Source: Raphidiopsis brookii D9 (GTDB lineage: Bacteria > Cyanobacteriota > Cyanobacteriia > Cyanobacteriales > Nostocaceae). Taken from it: DNA of 32,000 nt. The notes under the pieces were generated by a model that worked only from the letters and a program-made list of their open reading frames with translations, had not been told where the DNA came from and made no database searches. A program made the position numbers and the translations under genes. This document shows, in pieces, positions 29,708-32,000 of this stretch. How positions within the stretch are numbered: position 1 is the stretch's first letter; each line of letters opens with the position of its first letter. The DNA lies in NCBI GenBank assembly GCA_000175855.1, contig ACYB01000031.1:90001-122000 (forward strand), written 5' to 3'.

Positions 29708-30967
29708 ATGAGCATTCATGAAGTATTTATGCCAGCCCTAAGTTCCACCATGACAGAAGGAAAAATAGTCTCCTGGGTCAAATCACCAGGAGATAAAGTG
29801 GAAAAAGGTGAAACAGTGGTGGTTGTTGAGTCAGATAAGGCTGATATGGATGTAGAATCCTTTTATGAAGGATTTCTAGCCCATATTCTCGTTCAAGCTG
29901 GTGAAACTGCTCCCGTTGGCGCAGCGATCGCTTATGTGGCCGAAACCCAAGAAGAAATTACCAGTGCTAAGATTCTTGGAGGTGGATCTAGTGCAGTGAC
30001 ACCCACTCTCCCAGTAGCACCGGTAAGTGCCCCTGTGGTTCCAGTACCTGTAACAGTTTCCCAAAACGGGTCAAATCATCAACAGGGTAGGTTAGTGGTT
30101 TCTCCTCGCGCTCGTAAGCTGGCTAAGGAACTCAAGGTTGATTTAAATAATCTCAAAGGTAGTGGTCCTTATGGTCGTATTATTGCGGGAGACATAGAAG
30201 CTGCTGTGGGCAAAGTCCCTCAACCCACTAGTCCTGTTATTAGTACCATTCCCACTATTCCATCCACTCCACCAGCAACCCCCGTGGTTAATTCTGGACA
30301 AGTAGTACCATTAACTACTTTACAGAATGCCGTGGTACGTAACATGATGTCCAGCCTATCTGTACCTACATTTCATGTTGGCTATACCATTACCACTGAT
30401 GGTCTAGATAAACTGTATAAGCAAATCAAATCAAAAGGTGTAACCATGACAGCTCTTTTAGCTAAGGCTGTAGCAGTTACCTTACAAAAACATCCTTTAC
30501 TTAATGCCAGTTATTCAGAACAAGGGATTGTCCATCATCCCCAGATTAATGTTTCTATAGCTGTGGCCATGGACGATGGTGGTTTAATTACCCCGGTTTT
30601 ACAGAATGCAAACCAAATAGATATTTACTCCCTGTCGCGGAATTGGAAATCCTTAGTGGATAGAGCTAGGGCCAAACAACTGCAACCCGAGGAGTACAGC
30701 ACGGGTACATTTACCATCTCGAATTTGGGTATGTTTGGTGTAGATACTTTTGATGCGATTTTGCCACCGGGACAAGGTGCCATTTTAGCAGTTGGAGCTG
30801 GGCGTTCCCAAGTTGTAGCTACTGGAGAGGGTTCATTTGCTCTCAGACAGCAAATGAAGGTGAATATTACCTGTGACCACCGGATTATTTACGGTGCCCA
30901 TGCAGCTGCTTTCCTCCAGGATTTGGCAAAACTGATTGAAACCGATCCCCAATCTCTCACAATTTAG
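29708..30967 (+). CDS. pdhC: Dihydrolipoyllysine-residue acetyltransferase (pyruvate dehydrogenase E2)
   Basis: Lipoyl domain GDKVEKGETVVVVESDKADMDVESF; E3-binding domain VSPRARKLAKELKVDLNNLKGSGPYGRIIAGDIEAA; catalytic domain ending VNITCDHRIIYGAHAAAFLQDLAKLIE. Confidence 0.95.
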   Translation: MSIHEVFMPALSSTMTEGKIVSWVKSPGDKVEKGETVVVVESDKADMDVESFYEGFLAHILVQAGETAPVGAAIAYVAETQEEITSAKILGGGSSAVTPTLPVAPVSAPVVPVPVTVSQNGSNHQQGRLVVSPRARKLAKELKVDLNNLKGSGPYGRIIAGDIEAAVGKVPQPTSPVISTIPTIPSTPPATPVVNSGQVVPLTTLQNAVVRNMMSSLSVPTFHVGYTITTDGLDKLYKQIKSKGVTMTALLAKAVAVTLQKHPLLNASYSEQGIVHHPQINVSIAVAMDDGGLITPVLQNANQIDIYSLSRNWKSLVDRARAKQLQPEEYSTGTFTISNLGMFGVDTFDAILPPGQGAILAVGAGRSQVVATGEGSFALRQQMKVNITCDHRIIYGAHAAAFLQDLAKLIETDPQSLTI

Positions 30968-31028
30968 CTCCCAATCGTCTAGAGACGTTGGGTATTCAAT
31001 TACAACGTCTCTATAATTAAAGTTGGAA

Positions 31029-31475
31029 CTAGTTCCTACCTAGCCATTTTTGACCGTTGAGACGATAAATCAGACGGGATACCAGCAAATCAAGGGTGAT
31101 CTTACGCTCGTCTATCAAGAAGGACTCCAGGGTGCTGGGTTTTTTCCCTTCATGACAGGAGAACCCCTTTTTACCTTGAATATCTTGGTCGGGAAAGTAA
31201 ACATTAAACTGTTTGGCCCCGTTTTGCCAAGAACCGGTGATTTGCCAACACTCCTGGGAAGAATTAAAACCGACAATGGCATATTTTTGCTTGACAAAGG
31301 TCAGTTTTACGTCAGAAATACCTTCCTGGGCGATCGCTTTTTGTAAAGCAGGTAAGTAGTGTTCCTGCATAAACTCCTGAAATGGCTTATCTTCCACTGC
31401 TGGGGGTTTTTCTTTTTTACCTACGGGTTTTTGGTTTGTTTCTTCCACCATCACACTATCCTCTGTTGTGTCCAT
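31029..31475 (-). CDS. DUF2996 domain-containing protein
   Basis: PFQEFMQEHYLPALQKAIAQEGISDVKLTFVKQK...CWQITGSWQNGAKQFNVYFPDQDIQGKKGFSCHEGKKPSTLESFLIDERKITLDLLVSRL. Confidence 0.85.
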   Translation of the reverse strand: MDTTEDSVMVEETNQKPVGKKEKPPAVEDKPFQEFMQEHYLPALQKAIAQEGISDVKLTFVKQKYAIVGFNSSQECWQITGSWQNGAKQFNVYFPDQDIQGKKGFSCHEGKKPSTLESFLIDERKITLDLLVSRLIYRLNGQKWLGRN

Positions 31476-31575
31476 ACTTATATTTATTATTGCATATCAA
31501 TCAGTTTGCCAGTCTCCAAAAAAAACCCACCCTAGGAAATGGGTGGCATTTTTCAGAACAGAGTTGTTAGGGAAA

Positions 31576-32000
31576 TCACTTTATCAAAGCCAGACACATA
31601 CTGGCTAAAAGCGCGCCTACTATATAAAATGCACCTACTACCTGCAATTCGGACCAACCAGATAATTCTAGATGATGATGTAAAGGAGCCATCTTGAATA
31701 GTCGCTTGCCCTTCCCATCTGATCCCTTAGTTACTTTGTAATAACTCACCTGTGCCATCACAGATAGGGTTTCTACAAAAAATATTCCACTTAAAATGAA
31801 CAGTCCCACCAAGTTATTAGTTAAAAGGGCCACCGCACCTAAAGCACCACCTAAAGCGAGGGAACCAGTGTCACCCATAAAAACCCGAGCGGGATTGCGA
31901 TTATGAGCTAAAAATCCCACACAACTACCACTCACCGCTGCACAGAAGATCATTAAACTGGGTGCGGTGGGAGCAATCAAAGCTCCTAAACCCAAAATGG
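31576..32000 (-). CDS. mraY: Phospho-N-acetylmuramoyl-pentapeptide-transferase, C-terminal part (runs off window)
   Basis: [62 protein letters not shown]...[16 protein letters not shown]. Confidence 0.95.
   Translation of the reverse strand, partial: ILGLGALIAPTAPSLMIFCAAVSGSCVGFLAHNRNPARVFMGDTGSLALGGALGAVALLTNNLVGLFILSGIFFVETLSVMAQVSYYKVTKGSDGKGKRLFKMAPLHHHLELSGWSELQVVGAFYIVGALLASMCLALIK

Overview
This window looks like ordinary chromosomal DNA from a filamentous (Nostocales-type) cyanobacterium. That assignment is inferred from gene content, frequent HIP1 octamers (GCGATCGC) and families such as FtrV, PurS, LrtA and PilQ/secretin. Both ends are cut: the 3' part of ligA at the left and the C-terminal part of mraY at the right. 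Between them are mostly housekeeping or conserved genes: two Uma2/DUF820 proteins, an EamA transporter, a secretin, a VanY-like peptidase, a NuiA-like nuclease inhibitor, tRNA-Cys(GCA), a BlaI/M56 pair, ftrV, a PP2C phosphatase, NfeD and SPFH proteins, a Fur-family regulator (zur-like), purS, a SIMPL protein, cobU, a DUF2330 + RnfD-like pair, lipB, lrtA/hpf, peroxiredoxin, a DUF5009-like acyltransferase, a pentapeptide repeat protein, recQ, a frameshifted acyl-ACP/CoA synthetase, YlqD, PDH E2 and DUF2996. I found no CRISPR array, recognisable defence island, prophage or biosynthetic cluster. The least ordinary part is 2.4-4.5 kb: a 'bluetail'-like C-terminal fragment sits next to a decayed copy of the C-terminal coiled-coil tail of the intact Uma2 gene, with different copy numbers of a 105-nt repeat. 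Other points to check are the aas-like frameshift, a candidate BlaI operator dyad shared with the tRNA-Cys upstream region, a PP2C protein with a possible pseudokinase-like middle region, the long lrtA leader, and a possible IS200/IS605-type remnant downstream of lrtA. I do not see strong evidence for a novel multi-gene system.
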